In this document: piece by piece, positions 11,201 through 18,380 of the stretch | Numbering within the stretch: the first letter of the stretch is position 1 | How the letters are laid out: each line of letters begins with the position of its first letter | DNA from: a virus | Taxonomy: Duplodnaviria; Caudoviricetes | Reading direction: 5' to 3' (one strand) | DNA length: 59,226 nucleotides | IMG/VR virus record: IMGVR_UViG_3300047457_001195 | Location: 1 to 59,226 of that record | The notes under the pieces: generated by a model | Told to the model about the DNA's origin: nothing | Seen by the model: only the letters and a program-made list of their open reading frames with translations | The model's database searches: none | Position numbers and translations under genes: made by a program

Positions 11201-12471
11201 GTTCCTGTCTTAACAAAAATTGCTCCGCTTGTTACAACAGATGTTGCATATTTGATTGTTCTAAATGGACGATCAATTGTTCTACCATAATCTGATTCAT
11301 CTTCACCATTTGGAGCAACATACCAAACATTGTCAATTTGTCCAAATTCTTCATAGCGTGGTTCAAGGCTTGGCGTTGGAGAATTAACATATCTTGCCTT
11401 TAGAACCATGCCTTCTTGCACAGCGACTCCCTCAGGAGTTCCGTTGGCCATACTTAGACCAATAACTGCACCTGAATTTGATCTATAAGCAATATCACCT
11501 CTCTGAGTTAACACTGCTCCTACGCTGCCCTGAGCTAATAAAGTCCAATATGTGCTATTAGGAGGCATTTGGTTAGTGTTGACTGCGATAGCAATATAGC
11601 TATTACTATTTTTCTCAACAACATCACCAGGAGCGTATGAAGTGTTCGATGCCCATGTGCCTCTTGGATTTAGTCCTTTTAAGACTAAAGTCCAGTAGTT
11701 TGAGTTTACACCTGTAGTTCCAATATAGGGTTGAACATTTGTGCTATCAACTCTAGCAACATAGGCATATCCGCCATATTGAACAACATCACCTGTTTTA
11801 TAATTTGTGCTTGTTGTCCATGCATCTCTAACATTAAATCCAGTTGTTAATACATCCCAATAGGCTGTTTCTGTGCTAGGAGTTTTATTAACGTTTTCCT
11901 GAATAGAAACATAATTATAACCACCATAGGTTACAATATCCCCAACAGCGTATTGTCTAGAATTATCCCAACTATCCTCAAATTGTAAACCTTGAACAAA
12001 CTCATCAAAATAATTAGGATTAAATGTAGAAGTGCTAGTATGTTTTTGTGTTACGATAAAAACGTTAGCATTATACTTAACTAGATCATTTAAAGTATAT
12101 GTAGTAGCTGTGGTCCAAACACCCCTAAAGTTTACACTAGGAATATATAGATCCCAGTTACTGATGTTGTCCTCTAAGGATGCTCCACCTGTATAAGCTG
12201 TTTTACAGATATAAAGGTTTCCACCTGCTTGAGCAATGTCACCTACTTTGTAAAATGTCCCTGCAACGAAATCGTTTTTCCATTCGGTTCCACCTGTCAT
12301 TATCTGCCAATTTGCTTGGTTGGCAGGAAGTGTAGCACCACTGGTATGACTTACAATACATATATAGGAATAACCACCATAGCTTACGATATCATCTTTA
12401 TAATAAGCTTGATTGCTCTGCCATGGTCCTTTCCATACTAATTTAATTCTACCTAGTTTGAACTCAGCCAT
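8299..12471 (-). CDS. Large virion structural protein: ~7 N-terminal CBM5/12-like repeats plus parallel beta-helix region
   Basis: Repeats W....Y..GD.V.YGG..Y. WYVAPNG.D...GRT...PFRTI beta-helix entry motif. SPYIQNCT and C-terminal GRVFYVSTDQDGN...VNQATG resemble T4-like cyanophage structural proteins. Confidence 0.75.
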   Translation of the reverse strand: MAEFKLGRIKLVWKGPWQSNQAYYKDDIVSYGGYSYICIVSHTSGATLPANQANWQIMTGGTEWKNDFVAGTFYKVGDIAQAGGNLYICKTAYTGGASLEDNISNWDLYIPSVNFRGVWTTATTYTLNDLVKYNANVFIVTQKHTSTSTFNPNYFDEFVQGLQFEDSWDNSRQYAVGDIVTYGGYNYVSIQENVNKTPSTETAYWDVLTTGFNVRDAWTTSTNYKTGDVVQYGGYAYVARVDSTNVQPYIGTTGVNSNYWTLVLKGLNPRGTWASNTSYAPGDVVEKNSNSYIAIAVNTNQMPPNSTYWTLLAQGSVGAVLTQRGDIAYRSNSGAVIGLSMANGTPEGVAVQEGMVLKARYVNSPTPSLEPRYEEFGQIDNVWYVAPNGEDESDYGRTIDRPFRTIKYATSVVTSGAIFVKTGTYREQLPIRVPPGVSIVGDELRSVTVMPGTEFSALTTSCVATINYIKDVVSNVMMNTLWTTTYQTSVQQLQMGVMSTASAVSTVVNLFGTITNVMSGGAIPGIVAAGPATADPYKLNARTQILANKTFLREEAAAFLLTNYGYTNATSPRDTGKFVEAVVNDLIYGGNSYSRQAALNFRYASQGISDDGITPNNRSRMWLVNNATVIRNMTMMGLTGQFTGVQVPSGSGVQRVTSVWPSTTASGCYVSLDPTGSISSRSPYIQNCTVFGTRAIGVLIDGSLHASGYKSMTLNDFTQIIDDGIAIWARNGGRAELVSVFTYYAYIGYLTETGGILRALNGNNSYGTFGDVACDLDPTDLGYSGSVNNRSTEAQVGRVLAGEGRVLGVLWNYQGQNYTNATVTFEGAPLGGTTAVASPVFTNGALSHITVDSGGANYQYVTGTGRTGGTNGNGVWFALAATDSMNTNNQYLGMRILITEGLGSGQYATVKNSYVTDGASGFTRVVYVMKDDGTNGWETLTGDAIITELDQSTKYEIVAKVVVNTTGYSPSRVAKVFAQVDPETDTIGAVYIFDGGQGYLPGTLPTFTITDPLASSAASLTPEVKDGAISRLTFSNRGAGYLTASVTSVTGNGFAEIAQYGSSINFLGFTTKAPRPGSIMTIAGQAGNFLVIETTAYDAITGAATVSISPSIDRVTPLLQGSTAAVYEKFSQVRLTGHDYLAIGTGNFASTNYPGVSTLNYVRANEKKSLNNGRVFYVSTDQDGNLSVGDLFQVNQATGQATLNVSSFNLTGLNSLQLGNTGATVFSFSADGTMSANSDNIVPTQRAIRTYINSQLGSGSNSLTVNVLTAGKLYIENDTLTTTAGTNSDLFLSADGTGKIYVSTNIYYTATYSQMAALTGNHLVNKNYVDEVNRSTLHGLTLDSDGLLTYVKDVGSENSTVDGSAFTTFFNDPRVTNIAMSVNGTLQLTY

Positions 12472-12489
12472 TACTCATAATCCTTATTT

Positions 12490-13020
12490 TTATTCAGTTA
12501 TAGATCCGCAATCAATTATAGTATTAGGTATTTCAATGTCACCGACTGATCCTAAATCAGTTACTAATTTGTTTTCTAACGGACCAGTTTCTACAATTGT
12601 ACCTAAATCTTTGTCTCCTGTAAGCAGATTCTCAAGAGCTACTATATCAGAATATCCTTCACTATAGTTATAAACACTATTTATTCTGGCACTAAAATTT
12701 CCTTCTTCGTCAATATAGTAGAAAATATTACGACTATCCCACTTAAATTGCTCATAAAACAGGTTATCATAGACAAGATTATGCTCTAAATCACGACCTT
12801 CGAAAAAATCTACACCAGGCTCAAAAGTTTCAAATAATTTATTACCAGGCACATCTATACTAGGAGTTTGTATTGTGATAACATCAGATTGTCCATCTGT
12901 TTTAACCTTATATAAGGTTAAAAACCCGTCTTCATCATTTCTATTTAGACCATAGAAATACAAACTTCTATTAATCAGCTCGTTCTGATCTGGTTCGCCC
13001 TTTGGATAATACGTGCTCAT
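12490..13020 (-). CDS. Putative virion protein with C-terminal D-(L/C)-G-(S/T)-(I/V) repeats
   Basis: 176-aa ORF with upstream AGGATAG. Tail has DLGTI, DLGSV, DCGSI. Confidence 0.65.
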   Translation of the reverse strand: MSTYYPKGEPDQNELINRSLYFYGLNRNDEDGFLTLYKVKTDGQSDVITIQTPSIDVPGNKLFETFEPGVDFFEGRDLEHNLVYDNLFYEQFKWDSRNIFYYIDEEGNFSARINSVYNYSEGYSDIVALENLLTGDKDLGTIVETGPLENKLVTDLGSVGDIEIPNTIIDCGSITE

Positions 13021-13031
13021 TTTATTCTATC

Positions 13032-13361
13032 CTATGTTATTACCACATAACTTAATGAAACGTGTAAACTATTAGGCTGTGAACTTTTTACTGAAATCTT
13101 ACTGGTAGGTCCTAACACTAACCTCTCACCATTAGTTACAACCTTGAATGTAGCTTGGCTTGGCAACGAAATTGACATCAAATAATTTCCTACTGTAGGA
13201 GTAGCATCTGTCATAAAAACATCAAAATTACAGTCATTACCGCTGGCATTAGTTACATTAAATCCAACAATGGTTATTCTTTCAGCAGCACCGGCAGTAA
13301 GAACATCTGTAACCGTTAGTCCGATTCCTGTTACAACTTTATTATCAAATCTTGTTGGCAT
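13032..13361 (-). CDS. Small beta-rich virion protein
   Basis: 109-aa ORF in operon with beta-sandwich-like pattern ending V.LSY..IT. Confidence 0.65.
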   Translation of the reverse strand: MPTRFDNKVVTGIGLTVTDVLTAGAAERITIVGFNVTNASGNDCNFDVFMTDATPTVGNYLMSISLPSQATFKVVTNGERLVLGPTSKISVKSSQPNSLHVSLSYVVIT

Positions 13362-13363
13362 TT

Positions 13364-13729
13364 TTATCCTAGAATTAATGAATTTAATACTGAATCGTCT
13401 GTAAGTGCTGTGAAGCTAGCAGCATTAACAGTGACAAAAATCTGTTTGGCCTGTGATGCCCAATTAACGGCTTGATTGTTGTTTGAGCTAGAATAAATTT
13501 GAAGTCGCTGGACTGAATTAGAAGCAGTGCTATATCTCCCTACACCATTTTCCCATGATGGACCTAGAACTTCGGTAACACCATAATCAACAATACTATT
13601 ATCAGGTATAGCAGATAAAAATGTAATAAACCCCTGTGGGGCACCCCCTAAAACATATGTTCCAGTTCCTGTTGATGCAGTTGCTTCTTTAACACGATCT
13701 GCTCTAAATTTTTGAGGGTAATCTGCCAT
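13364..13729 (-). CDS. Phage structural protein (DRVKE...TGTG type)
   Basis: DRVKEATASTGTGT...WENGVG motif common in phage tail-associated proteins; ends in hydrophobic SLILG. Confidence 0.6.
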   Translation of the reverse strand: MADYPQKFRADRVKEATASTGTGTYVLGGAPQGFITFLSAIPDNSIVDYGVTEVLGPSWENGVGRYSTASNSVQRLQIYSSSNNNQAVNWASQAKQIFVTVNAASFTALTDDSVLNSLILG

Positions 13730-14133
13730 TATGGGTTATTCAGCGTAATAGATAATGTTATTCTAATTTCATCCCCAGCATTAGCGATTTGAATAGGTGC
13801 ATTGGTAAATCTGTTGGCAAAAAGCAATGATCCAGATGTAGATTGAATAACGTAGTATCCATAGATATATCCTGCTGCTCCGGTGAAAGTGAACGTGATT
13901 TGTGGATAGCTAGCCGAGCTAGGATCTCCAGCAGTAAATGTAAAATTAGCCGGGGTCAAAGTAACTGAAGCATAACCATATCCGCTGGCCTCTGTATAAT
14001 CTGCTGCTACGTCAGTTTTAGCAGGTGTTTTATTATTGGTATAAAGTTTAAGAACTAAACTTTGAGGCGCAGTGTTATTCACTATGTTTCTTAGTGCGAT
14101 TACTTCTCCGGCATTGGCGAAAACTATGGGCAT
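13729..14133 (-). CDS. Phage tail-associated structural protein
   Basis: LKLYTNN.TP...TEASGYGY...YGYYV pattern typical of small tail proteins; stop overlaps next start (TAATG). Confidence 0.6.
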   Translation of the reverse strand: MPIVFANAGEVIALRNIVNNTAPQSLVLKLYTNNKTPAKTDVAADYTEASGYGYASVTLTPANFTFTAGDPSSASYPQITFTFTGAAGYIYGYYVIQSTSGSLLFANRFTNAPIQIANAGDEIRITLSITLNNP

Positions 14134-14158
14134 AATGAACCTTTAATCTAATAAATTT

Positions 14159-14166
14159 TATTTATC
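14159..14166 (-). promoter_or_regulatory. Putative late promoter (GATAAATA)
   Basis: TAAATA core in the intergenic gap; same motif recurs upstream of many genes and resembles the T4 late consensus TATAAATA. Confidence 0.45.
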
Positions 14167-14167
14167 T

Positions 14168-15157
14168 TTACAAAAGTGTATATTTGAATTCTACACTCAA
14201 CCCAGACCCTGGTTGAACCTGGGTTCCGACTTGAACAACATCTACAGTGAGATAGTCATCAACTACCATATTTATGTTAACATTTACTTCAGTTTTAACT
14301 GTGCCAGTTGATATAGTAATTTGATTAACGGATGAACCATTTTGATTAGTCGATACCACAATGTCGCTATCAGCCGATGACGCTACTCTGCCTATAATTT
14401 TATAGATGTTTATAGGAGCAGGTGCGTGCCATCTAATCGTTCCGGTCTTTAAATTAAGAAATCCGTCTTGGTATAATATTACACTTTTGCTAACATCAGT
14501 GGTGCTAATCGTTCCGTCGCCGTTTATAACTAATCCATTACCAATCTTCACTGCACCAACTGTGGCTGTGGTGGCTGTATTGATGCTGAATGTTAGAGAT
14601 TTAGCAGTTCCAGATGTTAGAGCAACTATTCTAGTCCCTGTGCTGGCTACAAAATTTACAGTGTCTAGACCTTCAGCAACAAGTCCAGGACTTCCATCTA
14701 CATTCCAATTTTTAAAAGTAGAATTAATTGCTACTTTAGCAACACCATTGCCTAAATTTGTGACATCAAATCCACTATCAGCATCAAAGCTCAAGGTGGT
14801 TACATTGGTAACTGTGTTAGTTAGGGTATTATTAGTGGTGCTAAGAGCAACTTTTAAAGCTTCAACAGCTGGAACTGAAACCTTTACAGCCCCTCCACCT
14901 AAATTAGTAATACTAAAGTTACTATCAGTATCAAATCTAATAGCAGAAATTTGTCCAACTTCATTAAGTATGCTTCCGCCCTGTATGTTACTGACGCGAA
15001 GAGGTTGGACTGAGATTACCGATGTGTTAGTTCCTACGACCTGCTTAAGAAATATTTTACCGTCGTAGGTATTAATTGCCAGTTCGCCCAGATCTAAATC
15101 TGAGGGAACTGGAATCTTTGAAGGGACACTACTTCTTTTAAGTTTTATCTTATTCAC
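14168..15157 (-). CDS. Tail fibre segment protein
   Basis: GTG start. N-terminal IKLKRS...GELAINTYDGKIF. Two ~45-aa modules shared with the collagen N-terminus; ATTATVGAVKIG repeat. Confidence 0.7.
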   Translation of the reverse strand: MNKIKLKRSSVPSKIPVPSDLDLGELAINTYDGKIFLKQVVGTNTSVISVQPLRVSNIQGGSILNEVGQISAIRFDTDSNFSITNLGGGAVKVSVPAVEALKVALSTTNNTLTNTVTNVTTLSFDADSGFDVTNLGNGVAKVAINSTFKNWNVDGSPGLVAEGLDTVNFVASTGTRIVALTSGTAKSLTFSINTATTATVGAVKIGNGLVINGDGTISTTDVSKSVILYQDGFLNLKTGTIRWHAPAPINIYKIIGRVASSADSDIVVSTNQNGSSVNQITISTGTVKTEVNVNINMVVDDYLTVDVVQVGTQVQPGSGLSVEFKYTLL

Positions 15158-15162
15158 AAATT

Positions 15163-15188
15163 TTCACACCGAAGTGTGAATATTTATC
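15163..15188 (-). promoter_or_regulatory. GATAAATA motif followed immediately by a C(UUCG)G tetraloop hairpin
   Basis: Minus strand reads GATAAATA-TTCACAC-TTCG-GTGTGAA-AATTT-GTG(start). Confidence 0.65.
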
Positions 15189-17505
15189 AGTATGTTCCGC
15201 CGTCTAAATCTGCGTATTCTAAGGCAGTTCCATCTGCACTAACTTGTAGAACTGTTCCCGCAGCACCTTTGGTTAATTTAGATAGACTTCCACCGATATT
15301 ACCCACAAGTAAGTCATAGGCAGAGTAGCTGGTAAAACCTGTTCCACCATAACTTGCTCCTACTGTATTAGCTTGCCAGGTTCCTGAAGTAATAGTTCCT
15401 ACTGTGACAATACTGGTTTGGCCAGTATAGCTCGAAGCAATATCAATAGAGTCTGCGTTAACAGTGATTCTACCAGCAGTTCCACCTATATCCAAAACTC
15501 CTAGGCTATAAGTTAGACCAGCACCAGCAACACTGCTGGCTAATTGAACATTGTCATTAGAAACTTCGATACCATTTGTAGCATTGACAGAAAATACATT
15601 ACCTGTTAATGTAAGTCCATCACCGCCTATGTAGGTTCCAGCTCCACTAAACTGCGTAAACACAATCGGACTAGAACCAACTGTTGCAACTTCTTCAGTC
15701 TGTACCCAACCTGTATCACCGTTGACCTGACCATGAACAACAAATATAAAGTCGCCGCCTGCTAAATCTGCAGGTTGATTCATATCCTCTGCACGAGTGA
15801 ATGTTGTTGCGTTTGTTCTTATATAAACACCGTTATAGGCAGTTGTAGTTTCATTCTTAACTAGAACACGATCACCATTCACTAGTGAATATCCGTCCAA
15901 TGTGTTTAATGCAGAACTGAATGTTAAGTAGTCACCTACACCATTAGTTACTGTCGTATAAGTAACAGTTCCGCCAACTGATAAAGCCAATGTCTGCGTG
16001 GTCGCTGCATCAGCAGCAAAGTGAGTGTGCAGACCTTGTGCTACACTATCAACATAGTATTTGGTAGCAGCATCTTGATCATTTTGTGGTTCAGCAAGGT
16101 TTGTCAGTCTAGCATTGCTAAACTGGATTGTTGCTGAATTTTGTGTAACGATTGTAAATGTAGCTGTGTTTAGTGCTTCAATTGTATAATCATAGATTTT
16201 AACATTATCAACGGTAACTTCTGTTAGTCCTGATAAAACAGTGCTTGATGCCCCAAGGCTTATTGAAGTTGAGCCAATAGTAACTGCGCTGTTGGCTAAT
16301 TGTGTATTGCTTATTCCACCTGTCTTTACGCTAACATTACCGTCAGTTACACTAAAGGTAGAGCTAGTGAATCTAGCAACGCCCAGTGTCGACCAAGTTG
16401 CTGTGCTAACAAATAAATCAATTTTACCCGAACTGTCGTCATAGGTGCTGGTAATATTTTGGGTTACATTTCCTGTAAACAATCCACCAGCAATGTCTTC
16501 AATTCTTTCAACTTGGAGATTAACTGCACCGCTACTTACACTGAAATCAGTAGCATCAAAGCTAGCAATACCTTTAGTGCTTGTTGAAGCATTGTTAATT
16601 GCTACATCACCATTAGTTACTGTAAAATAACTTGCAGCGAAGCTGGCAATACCTTTATTAGCTGAGCTTGCGTCCTCACCACTAATAGTGATTGTGTTAT
16701 TAGTTACAGCAACATCAATGCCTTCTCCACCGTTAACAGCTAGTGTATCATTTAGTAGAGATACCGTATCACTTCCTGTATCACCGGAAATTGCGAGCTG
16801 TGAACTACTTTGCTGCCAAGTGGTTCCTCCTACTCCGTCACTGGTAAGAACATACCCGCTAGTGCCAGTGCTATTTGGTAAGGTAAACCAGTTATTGATA
16901 CTGATTTTACCGGTTCCATTTGTGGCCAAAACTAAATTGGCATTACTTGCGGTATTACTTATAGTGCTGCCATCTATCTGAATATTATCAGTGGCAAACA
17001 TTCCTGTAATAACTAGTTTATTATTAGCGGCATCCCATAATAGATTTGACGTATCAGCTAGTTTTCCACCAGTTGAAGCAAAGACCAAGCGACCATTGGT
17101 TAAATTTTCAACAGTTAAATCGTGCCCGGTGCTGACAACTACGCCACCAGTTCCGTTTGGTGTTAATGTTAAATTACCATTAGTATCTGTTGTGCTAATA
17201 TCATTACCGTTAATGGTAATATTATCAACATTAAGAACATCAATCTTACTGTTTGAATCAACAATTAGAGCGCTGCCTGCTGTCACTGTTCCAGCAACAT
17301 GATCCAGCAAGTCAGTGAAATATTTTCCACCTATGACAAAATGGTTAGCAGCATTTCCGCCGGTTTCAGACCCCATACCTATGTATAATCGATCTCCCCC
17401 GTTAGCCTGTGTTCCTGACAACGATGAATATGCTAATTCACCTGCGGCCAGTGTAGCTGGATTTCCTGCTACTGATGAACGTTTAATTCTAATAACTGAT
17501 GCCAT
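15187..17505 (-). CDS. Long tail fibre protein
   Basis: N-terminal IRIKRS...AGELAYS; KGIASF repeats; DAATKYYVD; GDRVLVKNE...NGVY; F.QFSGAG; C-terminal DLDGGTY. Confidence 0.8.
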   Translation of the reverse strand: MASVIRIKRSSVAGNPATLAAGELAYSSLSGTQANGGDRLYIGMGSETGGNAANHFVIGGKYFTDLLDHVAGTVTAGSALIVDSNSKIDVLNVDNITINGNDISTTDTNGNLTLTPNGTGGVVVSTGHDLTVENLTNGRLVFASTGGKLADTSNLLWDAANNKLVITGMFATDNIQIDGSTISNTASNANLVLATNGTGKISINNWFTLPNSTGTSGYVLTSDGVGGTTWQQSSSQLAISGDTGSDTVSLLNDTLAVNGGEGIDVAVTNNTITISGEDASSANKGIASFAASYFTVTNGDVAINNASTSTKGIASFDATDFSVSSGAVNLQVERIEDIAGGLFTGNVTQNITSTYDDSSGKIDLFVSTATWSTLGVARFTSSTFSVTDGNVSVKTGGISNTQLANSAVTIGSTSISLGASSTVLSGLTEVTVDNVKIYDYTIEALNTATFTIVTQNSATIQFSNARLTNLAEPQNDQDAATKYYVDSVAQGLHTHFAADAATTQTLALSVGGTVTYTTVTNGVGDYLTFSSALNTLDGYSLVNGDRVLVKNETTTAYNGVYIRTNATTFTRAEDMNQPADLAGGDFIFVVHGQVNGDTGWVQTEEVATVGSSPIVFTQFSGAGTYIGGDGLTLTGNVFSVNATNGIEVSNDNVQLASSVAGAGLTYSLGVLDIGGTAGRITVNADSIDIASSYTGQTSIVTVGTITSGTWQANTVGASYGGTGFTSYSAYDLLVGNIGGSLSKLTKGAAGTVLQVSADGTALEYADLDGGTY

Positions 17506-17516
17506 TTATCGCTCCA

Positions 17517-17819
17517 TTAATATTCGCCCGCATCGACGTTTTGTTGATCCAAGGTTGTGCTTGCTTTCCACTTATTTATATCGGTTTTATAAACTAGAAC
17601 CGACCCATTTGTGAGTTCTGTAATGTCTACATCAGTGGCCATATTGGCCAAAGTGTTATGATTTTCAGTGTAGGGAATGTCATTCCAATGGTTTACACCG
17701 TCCCCAACTTTGAACTTTTTAGTGTCAAGCTCAATACAAAGCTCGCCTTCTGCTATTACAGGATTGGCAGAAGACCATTGAGAAGCTGTCCCTCGACGAA
17801 GTTGTATTTGTACAGGCAT
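17517..17819 (-). CDS. Small Mtd-N/hyaluronidase-N-like fibre connector
   Basis: IQLRRGTASQWSSANPVIAEGELCIELDTKKFKVGDG; ends NVDAGEY. Confidence 0.75.
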   Translation of the reverse strand: MPVQIQLRRGTASQWSSANPVIAEGELCIELDTKKFKVGDGVNHWNDIPYTENHNTLANMATDVDITELTNGSVLVYKTDINKWKASTTLDQQNVDAGEY

Positions 17820-17827
17820 AATTATGT

Positions 17828-17835
17828 TATTTATA
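17828..17835 (-). promoter_or_regulatory. Putative late promoter TATAAATA
   Basis: Exact T4 late consensus, 8 nt upstream of the ATG at 17819, overlapping the upstream stop codon. Confidence 0.55.
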
Positions 17836-18376
17836 CGTATCCAGCATCAAAATTAGTGATGCCACCGTAGATGCTATCAGCATATCCGCCATCTAAATTA
17901 TATAAAACTGTGTTTGCGGGGCTAAATTCTAGTCCCGAACTGCTGGAATTTACTGTAACAACATAACCAGCAGCTCCTACATAACTATTCGGAGTATCGG
18001 TAAGGGCTAGAAAACTTGTAACACCAGATCCTGTTCCACCGCCTCCACTGGCAAAAGAAATTTCAGACCAATTAGCCTCAGCATTTGGCATAGCACCGGT
18101 AATTTGACTGCGGATTTCTCCGGGTAATAGAGCATAGGTATAATATGTTGAGCTAGTTCTAGTATAGCCACTGGCAACATATCCATTTTTTAAGAATACA
18201 ATCATACCTTCAGATATGCGCTGACCATATATGTCTGTTAGCTTATCTCCTGCGCCACCGGAAATGCTTTGTAGACCACCCCTTAACTCAGTATCAAGTG
18301 CGATTGGCGCTGCACCAGTAGGACTCCAAGTTCCCGGCCACGTGTTTCTCGTTAAACCACTGTAATCAACTGGCAT
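17831..18376 (-). CDS. Fibre-associated protein
   Basis: F.ALTDTPNSY.G..G..V.VN...GLEF motif; ends LDGGYA...FDAGYV. Confidence 0.7.
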   Translation of the reverse strand: MPVDYSGLTRNTWPGTWSPTGAAPIALDTELRGGLQSISGGAGDKLTDIYGQRISEGMIVFLKNGYVASGYTRTSSTYYTYALLPGEIRSQITGAMPNAEANWSEISFASGGGGTGSGVTSFLALTDTPNSYVGAAGYVVTVNSSSSGLEFSPANTVLYNLDGGYADSIYGGITNFDAGYV

Positions 18377-18380
18377 TTTA

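Noticed and set aside
14406-17614. Plus-strand ORFs of 60-220 aa opposite the tail-fibre genes
   Set aside because: Antisense shadows of Thr/Gly/Asn-rich genes with biased codon use; no motifs or RBS.
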